NCBI GenBank assembly: GCA_027315345.1
Contig: DAHUYE010000008.1
Location: forward strand, 55,265-119,264
Reading direction: 5' to 3'
DNA: 64,000 nt
Origin: Actinomycetota bacterium
Lineage (GTDB): Bacteria > Actinomycetota > Acidimicrobiia > Acidimicrobiales > JAJPHE01
In this document: positions 46,201-55,361 of the stretch, in pieces
Numbering within the stretch: the first letter of the stretch is position 1
Layout: each line of letters begins with the position of its first letter
The notes under the pieces: model-generated
The model's database searches: none
Seen by the model: only the letters and a program-made list of their open reading frames with translations
Told to the model about the DNA's origin: nothing
Position numbers and translations under genes: made by a program

Positions 46201-47836
46201 CAGCGGTGGGTTCCAGCAGATTCTGCTCCGGACCCACCGTGGCCGACAGCGAGGTCACCAGCTCTTCCCGGATGGCGTCGAGAGGAGGGTTGGTGACCTG
46301 GGCGAAGAGTTGACTGAAGTAGTCGAAGAGCACCCGAGGCCGGTCGGACAGGGCGGCTATCGGGGTATCCGTGCCCATGGAACCCAGCGGGTCGGCCCCG
46401 GTTACGGCCATGGGCGCCAGGATCACACGGAGCTCCTCCTCGGTGTAGCCGAAGGAGCGCTGGCGCTGGACGACCGAGGCGTGCTGGGGGGTGAGCATGG
46501 TTCGTGGAGGCAGGTCGTCCATGTGGACGATGCCGGCGTCCAGCCATTCCTGGTAGGGGTGCTCGGCGGCCAGCGCGGCCTTTATCTCATCGTCATCGAT
46601 GATGCGGCCTTTGGAGGTGTCCACCAGGAACATGCGGCCGGGCTGGAGCCGGCCCTTCTGGACGACCTGGTCGGCCGGTATGTCCAGCACCCCGGCCTCG
46701 GAGGCCATCACCACCAGGCCGTCGGCGCTGACCCAGTAGCGCAGGGGTCGCAAGCCGTTGCGGTCGAGGACGGCGCCGATGACGGTGCCGTCGGTGAAGG
46801 CCACCGCCGCCGGTCCGTCCCACGGCTCCATCAGCGAGGAGTGGTACCGGTAGAAGGCCCGCCGGGCCGGGTCCATGGTGGGATTGTTCTCCCAGGCCTC
46901 GGGCACCATCATCAACACGGCATGGGGCAGCGAGCGCCCGCCCATGTGCAACAACTCCAGGACCTCATCGAAAGACGCCGAGTCGCTGGGATCCCCCGGG
47001 GTGCAGACCGGAAAGATGCGATCGATGTCGGGTAGGAGCGGACTGGAGAGCAGCGCCTCCCGGGCCCGCATCCAGTTCCGGTTCCCCTCGATGGTGTTGA
47101 TCTCCCCGTTGTGGGCGATGAACCGGTACGGGTGGGCCAGGGGCCAGGACGGGAAGGTGTTGGTGGAGAAGCGGGAGTGGACCAGGGCCAGGGCGCTGTC
47201 CAGGCGGGCGTCGGTGAGGTCGGGGAAGAAGGGCAGGAGCTGGGGGGCGGTCAGCATCCCCTTGTAGACCAGGGTGCGGGTCGACAGGCTGGGGAAGTAG
47301 ACCTCCGGCACCTCCTGCTCCAGGCGCTTGCGCAGGATGAAGACCCTCCGCTCCAAGTCGGTGCCGGCCGGTCCTTCCCCGGCGCCGACCAGCAGGTGCC
47401 GGAAAAGCGGCTCCACCGAGCGGGCCGTCGGCCCGATCATGGAGTCATCGAAGGGGACCTCCCGCCAGCCCAGCACGACCAGGCCCTCGCCCTCGATCAC
47501 CTTCTCCACCGAGCGCACGGCATCCTCGGCTCCGGAGCGGGGCAGGAAGGCCAGTCCGGCTCCGTACTCACCGGCAGGAGGAAGCTCCACGCCGGCCACG
47601 GCCCGCAGGAAGGTGTCGGGCATCTGGATGAGGATCCCGGCGCCATCCCCGGTATTGACGTCGGAGCCGGTGGCGCCCCGGTGCTCCAGGTTGCACAGGG
47701 CCTGCAGGCCCCGCTCCACCAGTCCGTGGCTGCGCCGGCCGTGCATGTCCACCACGAAGGCGACCCCGCAGGCGTCGTGCTCGAAGCCGGGTTGGTACAG
47801 GCCGGTCGGCCCGGGTGTTGATCTCATGCTCGTCAT
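43289..47836 (-). CDS. gltB: Glutamate synthase large subunit
   Basis: 1515 aa with an N-terminal Ntn amidotransferase (CGVAF after the leader), a central FMN/3Fe-4S domain and a C-terminal GXGXG beta-helix. Overlaps the gltD start by 8 nt. Confidence 0.97.
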   Translation of the reverse strand: MTSMRSTPGPTGLYQPGFEHDACGVAFVVDMHGRRSHGLVERGLQALCNLEHRGATGSDVNTGDGAGILIQMPDTFLRAVAGVELPPAGEYGAGLAFLPRSGAEDAVRSVEKVIEGEGLVVLGWREVPFDDSMIGPTARSVEPLFRHLLVGAGEGPAGTDLERRVFILRKRLEQEVPEVYFPSLSTRTLVYKGMLTAPQLLPFFPDLTDARLDSALALVHSRFSTNTFPSWPLAHPYRFIAHNGEINTIEGNRNWMRAREALLSSPLLPDIDRIFPVCTPGDPSDSASFDEVLELLHMGGRSLPHAVLMMVPEAWENNPTMDPARRAFYRYHSSLMEPWDGPAAVAFTDGTVIGAVLDRNGLRPLRYWVSADGLVVMASEAGVLDIPADQVVQKGRLQPGRMFLVDTSKGRIIDDDEIKAALAAEHPYQEWLDAGIVHMDDLPPRTMLTPQHASVVQRQRSFGYTEEELRVILAPMAVTGADPLGSMGTDTPIAALSDRPRVLFDYFSQLFAQVTNPPLDAIREELVTSLSATVGPEQNLLEPTAASCRQITLPFPVIDNEALAKLRYINEHGETPGFRAVAVDGLYPVAEGGAGLRRALEQVRAAVSAAIEDGANIIILSDRFGSADMAPIPSLLLTSAVHHHLIRDKTRTRVGLIVEAGDAREVHHIALLIGYGAAAVNPYLAFESVEDMIANGVITGVNLRDARYNTTKALGKGVLKVMSKRGISTVASYTGAQVFEAIGLGRELVAEYFTGTVSRLDGVGLDELAAEVAARHRLAWPDRPEELAHRPLDDGGEYQWRREGEYHLFNPETVYRLQHSTRTRRYEIFKEYTRLVDDQSVRLATLRGLFRFKEGERPPVPIEEVEPVSSIVKRFSTGAMSYGSISAEAHETLAVAMNRLGARSNTGEGGEDSDRFTPDPNGDLRRSAIKQVASGRFGVTSEYLVNADDLQIKISQGAKPGEGGELLGRKVYPWIAKTRNTTAGVGLISPPPHHDIYSIEDIKQLIHDLKCSNPRARIHVKLVAEVGVGTVAAGVCKAHADVVLISGHDGGTGAAKLTSLKHAGAPWELGLAETQQTLLLNGLRDRIVVQVDGQLKTGRDVVIGALLGAEEFGFATAPLVVSGCVMMRVCHLDTCPVGVATQNPELRKRFSGQPEFVVTFFEYIAEEVRELLASLGFRTLEEAVGRVDLLDTVDAVNHWKAAGLDLSPILAVPDVPADAPRRQVRQQNHGLDNKLDNFLITEAAPALEDGTPVVIRTPVRNVDRTVGTLLGHQVTLRYGGAGLPDDSIVVHLTGSAGQSFGAFLPRGITLRLEGDANDYLGKGLSGGHLVLRPPVDSPFAAEENVVAGNVILYGATGGDVFIRGLVGERFCVRNSGADAVVEGVGDHGCEYMTGGRVVVLGPTGRNFAAGMSGGIAYIHDPEGTFPDRLNREFVDIEPLDEDDRRGLADLVGRHRVETDSAVAARLLADWDATVAQFVKVMPRDYKRVLTTLKRAEAEGRPAEEAVMEMMGASRG

Positions 47837-47953
47837 CCCTCTGCGACAGGTGACCCGGGTGGCCCGGGGTCGGCGGTGCCTACTGGGACGACGTTGGCCC
47901 TACGGCGGTGTTGCGGCCACAGATTACAGCCCGGCCGGAGGCCGGCGGTGGCT

Positions 47954-48175
47954 TTAGCCGGCGGCTTCCAGCCAGGGCTCCGAACAGGGCGCCGGAGCGC
48001 CGGCCGGGGCCGGGTCCAGGCTGAGGGCGCTGTCGGCCACCAGGGCAGTGGCCCAGCCCACGCCCAGCACCACTCCCACCAGGCGGAACCAGCCTCCCTC
48101 GGACCAGGCGGCCAGGAGGGGGACGGCCCAGATCAGGCGCAGGACCAGGGATCGAGCGGTAGCGGAGGGGTTCAT
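47954..48175 (-). CDS. Possible small two-TM membrane protein
   Basis: An internal ATG at 48175 gives a 73-aa product with two hydrophobic stretches (LVLRLIWAVPLLAAW; LVGVVLGVGWATALV). No SD and no family recognised. The rest of the 407-aa track ORF is antisense to the hydrolase gene. Confidence 0.3.
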   Translation of the reverse strand: MNPSATARSLVLRLIWAVPLLAAWSEGGWFRLVGVVLGVGWATALVADSALSLDPAPAGAPAPCSEPWLEAAG

Positions 48176-48313
48176 GGCGTCATCATGCGCCGAGGCTGTG
48201 ACAGCCCCGCCGGGCCGCCTCCAGATAGGCCCGGGGCCGGCCCTCGGCCCCCTAGTCTGCGGCCGGTGAGCGACGTGGGGGGCACCGGCCCGGACAGTAC
48301 GGGAATCGAGGCC

Positions 48314-49228
48314 ATGACGGACGAGGACGTCCCGCCGGAGTACCCGGGGGCCCGTCCCCCCGACCGGCTCCGGACCGTCGACTCGGCCGGGTTGACGATC
48401 CAGGTCCACGAGTGGGGTGACGAGGCGGCTCCGGCCATCCTGCTGACCCACGGCGGATTCGACTTCGCCCGGACCTTTTCGGTCTTCGCTCCCCTGCTGG
48501 CCGACGGCGGCCTGCGGGCGGTGGCCTGGGACCAGCGGGGCCACGGGGACTCCCAGCACGCCCCGCTCTACAGCTGGGACGCCGATGTGCGAGACGCCGT
48601 GGCCGTGCTGGACAGCATCGGCTCGGACCCCATCCCGATCCTGGGTCACTCCAAGGGGGGAAACCTGATGCTGCAGCTGGCCGACGCCTGCCCCCACCGG
48701 GTCTCCTACCTGGTCAACTTCGACGGCCTGCCGGGCAACTGGGCCGCCCCCGACGTCAGCGATCACGAGCGCAGCCGGATGCGGGAGGAGGAGATCCGCA
48801 ACTGGCTCGACCGCCGCCGGCGGGCCGCCGATGCCTCCCGGCGGCCCGGGACCCTCTCCGAGCTGGCCCGGCGCCGGGCCGACATGAATCCCCGGCTGTC
48901 CTTTGAGTGGCTCCGGTACCTGGCCGGGGTGGGGGCCCGGCGTGATCCGGACGGCTGGCGCTGGAAGATCGACCCGACCCTGCGCATGGGCGGCTTCGGT
49001 CCCTGGCGGCCGGACTGGGCCCTGCACCGGCTTTCGGCCCTCGGCATGCCGCTGCTCGGAATCGTCGGGCTCCAGCCCGAGCAGATGGGAATGGGAGTGA
49101 CCCCCGAGTCCATCCAGGCCTATCTGCCCCCCGCGGCCCGGCTGGTGGCGTTCGAGGACACCGGCCACTTCCTGCACATAGAGCAGCCCCGGCGGGCCGC
49201 CGATCTGGTGCTGGAGGCGCTCAGGTGA
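48314..49228 (+). CDS. Alpha/beta hydrolase
   Basis: ATG at 48314 gives a 304-aa product with HG motif ILLTHGGFD, DQRGHGDS, nucleophile elbow GHSKGG and a C-terminal DTGHFLHIEQP (catalytic His). Confidence 0.8.
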   Translation: MTDEDVPPEYPGARPPDRLRTVDSAGLTIQVHEWGDEAAPAILLTHGGFDFARTFSVFAPLLADGGLRAVAWDQRGHGDSQHAPLYSWDADVRDAVAVLDSIGSDPIPILGHSKGGNLMLQLADACPHRVSYLVNFDGLPGNWAAPDVSDHERSRMREEEIRNWLDRRRRAADASRRPGTLSELARRRADMNPRLSFEWLRYLAGVGARRDPDGWRWKIDPTLRMGGFGPWRPDWALHRLSALGMPLLGIVGLQPEQMGMGVTPESIQAYLPPAARLVAFEDTGHFLHIEQPRRAADLVLEALR

Positions 49229-49884
49229 GCGAGCCGACCATGCTCCGCCACGTCCGGGTGGACCTGGCCCTCCACCGCCTCCAGGACGGGCCCGGTCACC
49301 CGCTCCTGCTCCTCCACGGCCTGGGAGAGCGCTCTCCCGCCGCCGTGCCCGGCTGGGCCGCCTCCTGGCCGGGGCCGATCCACGCCCTGGACTTCACCGG
49401 CCACGGCGGCTCCAGCGTCCCGGTCGGCGGGGGCTACACGGCCGAGGTCCTCATGGCAGACGCCGACGCTGCCCTGGCCCACCTGGGCCCGGCCACGGTG
49501 CTGGGCCGGGGCCTGGGGGCCTACATAGCCCTGCTGATAGCCGGGGCCCGGCCTGATCTGGTCCGAGGGGCGGTCCTGGCCGACGGCCCTGGCCTGGCCG
49601 GGGGTGGCTCGGTCCCGGGCTCCCCTTATGTGATCCGGCTGGACCCGGCCCAACCGGCCGCGCCCGATCCTTTCGTCCTGGCCGAGTTGTCCCGGGATGT
49701 CCGGCCGCCGGACTACGCCGTGGCCTTCGTGTTCCAGGCCGTCAACCGCTCGGATCTGCCCGACCCGATCGTGGTCTCGGCCACCACCCGGCCGGACTGG
49801 CTGCGGGCCGTGGTCGAATCGCCCGGAGTGCGCCAGTTGTCCACCTCCGAGGGCCTGGCCCTCTACGCCCGCCCGGCGCCGTGA
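49225..49884 (+). CDS. Alpha/beta-hydrolase-fold protein lacking the canonical nucleophile and His
   Basis: 219 aa with LLLLHGLG and DFTGHGGS, but the elbow reads GRGLG (Gly in place of Ser) and no His occurs after it. GTGA overlaps at both ends. Confidence 0.62.
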   Translation: MSEPTMLRHVRVDLALHRLQDGPGHPLLLLHGLGERSPAAVPGWAASWPGPIHALDFTGHGGSSVPVGGGYTAEVLMADADAALAHLGPATVLGRGLGAYIALLIAGARPDLVRGAVLADGPGLAGGGSVPGSPYVIRLDPAQPAAPDPFVLAELSRDVRPPDYAVAFVFQAVNRSDLPDPIVVSATTRPDWLRAVVESPGVRQLSTSEGLALYARPAP

Positions 49885-50822
49885 CCACTACGCCCGGACC
49901 GCCGCCAACGCCGCCGGTCATCCGCACCCCGGAGGCGAACTTCGAGGCCCTACCGGACTGGCCCTATGAGCCGCACTACCTCGATGTCGACGGCGTGCGG
50001 CTGCACTACGTCGATGAGGGGCGGCCCGAGGCCCCGCCATTTCTCCTCACCCATGGTGAGCCGAGTTGGTCCTATCTCTACCGCCACTGGATCCCCCCGC
50101 TGGTGGAGGCCGGCTTCCGGGTCATCGCCCCCGATCACATCGGTTTCGGCCGCAGCGAGAAGGTGACCGATGAAGACTGGTACACCATCGACCGCCATGT
50201 GGGCGTGCAGCGGGCCCTGATCGAGACCCTCGACCTCACTCGCATCCACCTGTTCTGCCAGGACTGGGGCGGGCCCATCTCCCTGCGCAACGCGTGCGAC
50301 GCCCCCGAGCGTTACGCCCGGCTGTTCATAGCCAACACCTGGCTGCACCACCCTGGATACGAATACAGCGACAGTCTGCGCTTCTGGTACCAGATAGCCA
50401 CCGACCCGGACCACATGGGGGGTGACATGCCCACCGGGGTGATCGTGTCCCGCACCCTGCGCCGGCCCGGCCACGATCTGGACGCCGTCCAGGCTGCCTA
50501 CGACGCCCCTTTCACCGGCCCGGAGTCCAAGGCCGGCGCCCTCCGCTTCCCCTGGTGCCTTCCCTTCGCCCACCCCGACCAGGGCGGCGCCGCCTGGCAG
50601 GAGCGCTGTTACCACCAGCTTCAGGCATGGGAGGGACCGATCCACCTGGTCTGGGGAGACGCCGATGAGGTCTTCCCCTGGACCGGAGCCGAGGAGTGGT
50701 CGTCCGTATTGCCCGATTCGACCCTGGACCGCATCCCCGGCGCCGGCCACTTCCTCCAGGAGGACGCCCCCTCAGACTGCGTGGCCGCCGTCCTGGCCCG
50801 CTCCACCGGCTCGGGGCTGTAA
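49881..50822 (+). CDS. Haloalkane dehalogenase-like alpha/beta hydrolase (DhlA/HLD-I-like)
   Basis: 313 aa with THGEPSWSYLYR, the Asp nucleophile elbow CQDWGG and a C-terminal GAGHFLQED. Confidence 0.82.
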   Translation: MTTTPGPPPTPPVIRTPEANFEALPDWPYEPHYLDVDGVRLHYVDEGRPEAPPFLLTHGEPSWSYLYRHWIPPLVEAGFRVIAPDHIGFGRSEKVTDEDWYTIDRHVGVQRALIETLDLTRIHLFCQDWGGPISLRNACDAPERYARLFIANTWLHHPGYEYSDSLRFWYQIATDPDHMGGDMPTGVIVSRTLRRPGHDLDAVQAAYDAPFTGPESKAGALRFPWCLPFAHPDQGGAAWQERCYHQLQAWEGPIHLVWGDADEVFPWTGAEEWSSVLPDSTLDRIPGAGHFLQEDAPSDCVAAVLARSTGSGL

Positions 50823-50915
50823 GTCAAGTCGGCCCGGAGCCGGCCGATACGTGGATCAGTCCCATTCTGCGCCTCCGGTTCGGCGGCCAGTGAGGGGAAG
50901 GAGACGGCCGGCACG

Positions 50916-51488
50916 ATGGCGAGACGCCCAGGCGCATTAGCCCTCCTCCTTCTCGGCGGGGGCTCCCTCCTGAGCACCGGCCTGGTCGAGGGGCCCGCCT
51001 CGGGCGCCACTGCCACCCAGCGCGTCTCGGTGCCCGTTACCGCCACTCTCACCGCCGGCGCTTCGGGCAGCCGGTCCATCACCTCGGTCACCCCGGCCAC
51101 CATCACCTCCACCCTCGGCACCCTGCCCATCTCGACACCCTTCACGGTGGTGGTGTCGGAGGCGGCCGTGAGCGGGGCCTCGAACGGTTGGTACGTCACG
51201 GCCCAGGCATCCGACTTCCAGGACGGGGCCGGCGACGTCGTGCCCGCCACCAGCCTGACCGACGGAGCGAACACCGTCAGCCAGAGCGGCGGAGGTGGGA
51301 CGGCGGCGGCGGTGGCGGGACCGGGACAGATGGGGACGGCGGAGACGCTCTTCGTCGATAACGGGGAGTCAGCCGGGCGGCTGTACACGGGGACCTTCAC
51401 CGACACCAGCACCCTGAGCCTGGCCCCGCCGGATGGGACCCGGGCCGGGGTCTACACCTCCGACCTCACCGTCACCCTGTTCACCTGA
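50916..51488 (+). CDS. Secreted hypothetical protein, WxL-like
   Basis: 190 aa with the signal peptide MARRPGALALLLLGGGSLL...ASGATA. It is Thr/Ser/Gly-rich and predicted all-beta. GWYVTAQASDF and the terminal GVYTSDLTVTLFT resemble the two WxL-domain motifs. GGAGA lies upstream. Confidence 0.55.
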   Translation: MARRPGALALLLLGGGSLLSTGLVEGPASGATATQRVSVPVTATLTAGASGSRSITSVTPATITSTLGTLPISTPFTVVVSEAAVSGASNGWYVTAQASDFQDGAGDVVPATSLTDGANTVSQSGGGGTAAAVAGPGQMGTAETLFVDNGESAGRLYTGTFTDTSTLSLAPPDGTRAGVYTSDLTVTLFT

Positions 51489-51516
51489 ACCTGGCCGCTT
51501 CGGGCCCCCGCCCGGG

Positions 51517-52983
51517 TCAGAGGTCGATGGCCACGTACTTGGTCTCCAGGTACTCCTCGATGCCCTCCCGGCCCCCCTCCCGGCCGATGCCCGATGACTT
51601 GACGCCCCCGAAGGGAGCCGCCGGATTGGAGACCAGGCCACGATTGAGCCCCACCATCCCGGTCTCCAGTCCCTCGATCACCCGGATGGCCCGCTTGAGG
51701 TCGGAGGTGTAGACGTAGGCCACCAGACCGAACTCGGTGTCGTTGGCCGCCCGCACCGCCTCCTCCTCGGTCTCGAACGACACCACCGGCGCCACCGGGC
51801 CGAAGACCTCCTCCGAGAGCAGCCGGGATCCGCCCGGCACCGAACCCAGGACGGTCGGGCGGTAGAAGTGGCCGGGGCCGCTGATGGCCTCCCCGCCGGT
51901 CAGGACCTCGGCCCCCCGACCGACGGCGTCACGCACCAGCTCGTCCACCTTGTCCCGGGTCGCCTCATCCACCAGGGGGCCCACCTCCACGCCGGCCTCG
52001 GTGCCTCGGCCCACCTTCATGGCTTCCAGGCGCTCGGCCAGCCGCCGGCTGAATTCGCCGGCCACCTCTGACTCCACGTGGAACCGGTTGGCGGCCGTGC
52101 AGGCCTCTCCGACGTTGCGCATCTTGGCCTGCACCGCCCCGTCCACGGCCGCGTCCAGGTCGGCGTCGGCGAAGACGAGGAAGGGGGCGTTGCCGCCCAG
52201 CTCCATGGAGATGCGCAGCACTCCCTCGGCGGCCCGGGCGTAGAGGCTGCGGCCGACTTCGGTAGAGCCTGTGAAGGACAGCTTGCGCAGACGGCCATCA
52301 CCGTAGAGGGGTTCCAGGGTGCGGCCCGAGCTGGAGGTGGTGACGACGTTGAGCACGCCGGCGGGCAGGCCGGCATCCTCCAGGATGCGGGCCAGCGAGA
52401 GCATGGACAGCGGGGTCAGGGCGGCCGGCTTGATGACCACGGTGCAGCCGGCGGCCAGGGCCGGGCCGATCTTGCGGGTGCCCATGGCGATGGGAAAGTT
52501 CCACGGGGTGACGAACAGGCACGACCCGACGGGCTGGCGCATGGTGAGCAGGCGGCCCCGCCCGTCGGGGGCCACCAGCCAGTCGCCCCTGACCCGCACG
52601 GCTTCTTCTGAGAACCAGCGGAAGAATTCCGCCGCATAGGCGATCTCGGACCGGGAGTGGTCGAGAGGCTTGCCCATCTCCAGGGTCATGACCAGGGCCA
52701 GTTCCTCGGTCCGGTCCACCAGGGCCTGGTAGGCCCGGCGGAGGATCTCACCCCGCTCCCGGGGTGGGGTCGATGCCCAGGCCGGACCGGCCCGATGGGC
52801 GGCGCCCAGGGCGTCCTGGGCGTCCTGGGCGCTGCCATCGGAAACCTCGGCCACGACTTGCCCGGTGGAGGGATCCTCGACCGGAAAGGTGCCGCCCGAG
52901 GCCGCCGGCCGCCACTGACCGTCGATGAAGAGCCCCTCGGGGACCGCCTCCAGGGCAGTCCGCTCGTCCTTGGCGGTGAACAT
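51517..52983 (-). CDS. gabD: Succinate-semialdehyde dehydrogenase (NAD(P)+), aldehyde dehydrogenase family
   Basis: 488 aa with VTPWNFP, MELGGNAP and the catalytic Cys context GEACTAANR. The overall pattern is GabD-like. Confidence 0.88.
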   Translation of the reverse strand: MFTAKDERTALEAVPEGLFIDGQWRPAASGGTFPVEDPSTGQVVAEVSDGSAQDAQDALGAAHRAGPAWASTPPRERGEILRRAYQALVDRTEELALVMTLEMGKPLDHSRSEIAYAAEFFRWFSEEAVRVRGDWLVAPDGRGRLLTMRQPVGSCLFVTPWNFPIAMGTRKIGPALAAGCTVVIKPAALTPLSMLSLARILEDAGLPAGVLNVVTTSSSGRTLEPLYGDGRLRKLSFTGSTEVGRSLYARAAEGVLRISMELGGNAPFLVFADADLDAAVDGAVQAKMRNVGEACTAANRFHVESEVAGEFSRRLAERLEAMKVGRGTEAGVEVGPLVDEATRDKVDELVRDAVGRGAEVLTGGEAISGPGHFYRPTVLGSVPGGSRLLSEEVFGPVAPVVSFETEEEAVRAANDTEFGLVAYVYTSDLKRAIRVIEGLETGMVGLNRGLVSNPAAPFGGVKSSGIGREGGREGIEEYLETKYVAIDL

Positions 52984-52992
52984 CCGCCGAGA

Positions 52993-54045
52993 CTAGGGCT
53001 CGGTCCAGCCCCCGCCGGCCCGGCGCCGGGTACTCCAGACGGTAGAGCCGACCAGGGCCAGTGCCAGGGCGGCCACCAGGCCCAGGAGGAGGCGCAGGGA
53101 CGACCGGTCGGAGGAGACCATGGCGATGGGGCGGCCCGCCCCGGGCCGGTCCCGGGCCGGCCGGGGGGATGTGGCGGCCGGCCCGGAAGCGGGCACGGAC
53201 ACCGGAGGGGTCGGTGCCATGGCCGAGGCGGGCTGGCCCTCGTACTCCGCCACCAGGTGAGGGGCGGCGGCTATGGCGGCGGCCAGGAACTCGTCCAGGA
53301 TGGGCTTGGCGTCGATGGCCGGCCCGCCGTGGGGGTGGACCTCGAAATCCAGATGGGGCCCGGTGGAGTCACCTGTCTCGCCCACGAAGCCGATGACCTG
53401 GCCCTGGGTCACCTGGTCACCGCTGACCAGGCCCAGAACGGTGGCGCTCATGTGGGCCAGAAGGTAGACGGTGCCGTCGGTCTGGGTGACCAGGGCGGTC
53501 AGGCCGTAGCCGTTGGGGTCACTGTCGGAGTAGGTCAGGGTGCCGTCAGCGGGTGAGCGCAGAGGTGTGCCGTCGGCGGCGTCGATGTCGATGCCCTGGT
53601 GGACGTGAGGCTCGGGCCAGGAGCGGTACTCCAGGAAGATGTCGGAGTAGGTGGCCGGGCCGGCCACCGGGAACTGGCCGAAGCCCAGGATGGCGATCTG
53701 CTCCTGGCTCAAGCCCAGGCGGGCCAGGGGGGCGAGGGCGGCCAGCAGGGGGGCGGTGGAACTGGGCCCGGTGCGCCGGACCGAGGCCTGCTCGGCTGCC
53801 ATAGCCGGAGTGGGCGGGATGGTGGTGGTGGGCCCGCCCGGGGCGAGGGCCGAAGTGGTGGTCGTGCTCGGGGTCGACGTCGTGGTCGTGGTGCTGGTCG
53901 TCGGGTCGGTGGGGCTCGGGGTGGTGGTGGTGGTTGAGGTGGTGGTGGTTGAGGTGGTGGTGGCCGGGGGCAGGTTGGCGGCGGTGGCCGAGCCGGCCCG
54001 GAGGGCGCCGAAGCCGCCCAGGAGGCCCACCAGGCCGAGCGCCAC
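52993..54045 (-). CDS. M23 (LytM-type) metallopeptidase with Thr-rich linker and C-terminal TM helix
   Basis: HQGIDID (HxxxD) and HLDFEVH (HxH), an N-terminal signal-like segment, about 45 aa of T/S/P low complexity, and a C-terminal LLLGLVAALALALVG + RRR. Signal-peptide-like sequence continues upstream of the GTG at 54045. Confidence 0.85.
   Translation of the reverse strand: MALGLVGLLGGFGALRAGSATAANLPPATTTSTTTTSTTTTTPSPTDPTTSTTTTTSTPSTTTTSALAPGGPTTTIPPTPAMAAEQASVRRTGPSSTAPLLAALAPLARLGLSQEQIAILGFGQFPVAGPATYSDIFLEYRSWPEPHVHQGIDIDAADGTPLRSPADGTLTYSDSDPNGYGLTALVTQTDGTVYLLAHMSATVLGLVSGDQVTQGQVIGFVGETGDSTGPHLDFEVHPHGGPAIDAKPILDEFLAAAIAAAPHLVAEYEGQPASAMAPTPPVSVPASGPAATSPRPARDRPGAGRPIAMVSSDRSSLRLLLGLVAALALALVGSTVWSTRRRAGGGWTEP
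53921..53965 (-). repeat. About 3 x 15-bp tandem repeat encoding (S)TTTT units
   Basis: On the plus strand the sequence reads gtggtggtggtggtt / gaggtggtggtggtt / gaggtggtggtggcc. It lies inside the Thr-rich linker of the M23 peptidase gene. Confidence 0.75.
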
Positions 54046-54144
54046 CAGGATCCGGTTTGGTCTGATTCCGCCACCCCCCAGGACAGGTCCCCGGGCCTAC
54101 GATTCGCCCGGCAGCCGGGATTTCCTCCGCCAGGAAGGTCAACA

Positions 54145-55320
54145 ATGTCATATGCGGGCGATCAGCTGATCCACGACGCCGACTCCCACATCATGGAGCC
54201 GCCTGACTGGCTGGTGCCCTATGCCGACCCTGGCGTCAGGGAGAGACTGGGTCCGCTCTACGCCCCGGTTGCCTCGGAGGGCTCGGATCTGATCGAGCAC
54301 TACGCCCGCCGCCACCGGGATCCGGCCTACCGGGCCGAGGACAGCTCCCAGATCATGCTGCGCAAGAACTGGGCCGCCACCGGCTCGTTCATCAAAGAGG
54401 ACCGCCCGGCGGCCCTGGACCTGATGGGCTTCGCCAGCCAGCTGGTCTTCAACACCTTCGCCAACAAGTCCCTCCTCGATCTCGAGCACAAGGGTGACGA
54501 CGCCCTCGCCTACGGGGCGGCCCGGGCCCACAACCGCGCCATCGTGGAGTTCTGCTCGGTCGATCCCCGGCTGCTCCCGGTCGGATACGTGCCACTGAGC
54601 TCGTTCGAGGAGTCGGCCCACTTCGTTGGGGAGGCGCTGGAGATGGGTTGTCGGGCCCTGATGGTGGCCTCGGCCTGCCCGGCCGGCCACTCCCCCAGCC
54701 ACGTGGGGCTGGATCCGGTGTGGCGCCAGGCCGAGGAGGCGGGGGTGCCCATCGTCTTCCACGTCGGCGGGGGCGGGCGCCTGCTCGATCCCAGCTACTT
54801 CAACAACGGCCTGCCCCTCGTGCCGGACTTCCACGGCGGGGATGGGAACTTCCGTTCCGTGGACTACATGGCGATCCCCTACCCGGTCATGCAGACCCTG
54901 TCGACCATGATCATCGATGGCGTTCTGGAACGCTTCGGTTCCCTGCGCATCGGCGTGATCGAACAGGGAGCCTCCTGGCTGCCGGGGCTGATGCGCTCCC
55001 TCGACTCGGCCGCCGACGCCTTCCGCAAGAACGAAACCCGCCTCCAGTCGCTTTCCCTGCTGCCCAGCGAGTACATCCGCCGCCAGGTCAGGGTCACCCC
55101 CTATCCGCACGAGGACGCCGGCTGGATCATCGAGCAGGCCGGTCCGGAGGTGGCCATGTTCTCCTCGGATTACCCCCATGTGGAGGGGGGCCGGAACCCG
55201 CTGGGTCGCTTCGGCCGCAGCCTGGAGCGGGTGGGAGAGCCGGAACGGCGTCGCTTCTACGCCGATAACTTCGTCGATCTGATGGGCCCCGCGCTCGACG
55301 GCGTGCCCGTCCCGGCCTGA
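54145..55320 (+). CDS. Amidohydrolase-2 family metal-dependent hydrolase (TIM barrel)
   Basis: 391 aa with the N-terminal DADSHIMEP motif, an internal HVGGGG and a C-terminal SSDYPHVEG, as in ACMSD-type amidohydrolases. Confidence 0.82.
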   Translation: MSYAGDQLIHDADSHIMEPPDWLVPYADPGVRERLGPLYAPVASEGSDLIEHYARRHRDPAYRAEDSSQIMLRKNWAATGSFIKEDRPAALDLMGFASQLVFNTFANKSLLDLEHKGDDALAYGAARAHNRAIVEFCSVDPRLLPVGYVPLSSFEESAHFVGEALEMGCRALMVASACPAGHSPSHVGLDPVWRQAEEAGVPIVFHVGGGGRLLDPSYFNNGLPLVPDFHGGDGNFRSVDYMAIPYPVMQTLSTMIIDGVLERFGSLRIGVIEQGASWLPGLMRSLDSAADAFRKNETRLQSLSLLPSEYIRRQVRVTPYPHEDAGWIIEQAGPEVAMFSSDYPHVEGGRNPLGRFGRSLERVGEPERRRFYADNFVDLMGPALDGVPVPA

Positions 55321-55361
55321 GCCTGCGCCCGGCTCGGGCTTGAGCCTGGGAGAATCGGCCC

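Noticed and set aside
43250-47035. Long plus-strand ORFs (683 aa at 43250-45301 and 551 aa at 45380-47035) opposite gltB.
   Set aside because: They are antisense to a 1515-aa glutamate synthase gene that is conserved along its whole length. The composition (Gly/Asp/His/Pro/Arg runs) is not protein-like. This is a GC artefact.
54046-54144. Possible ydaO-type (cyclic-di-AMP) riboswitch in the leader of the M23 peptidase gene. The minus strand reads ...GGCGAAUCGUAGGCCCGGGGACCUGUCCUGGGGGGUGGCGGAAUCAGACCAAACCGG...
   Set aside because: Two AAUC/GGGGA-like elements caught my eye, and such riboswitches often precede cell-wall hydrolase genes in Actinomycetota. However, the segment is only about 100 nt. 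I could not find the conserved 3' half (ACCCGAAC...AGCUAACC-like) or a convincing pseudo-symmetric pairing scheme. The GGGGA is better explained as the SD of a CTG start. A covariance-model scan with the ydaO-yuaA model would settle it.
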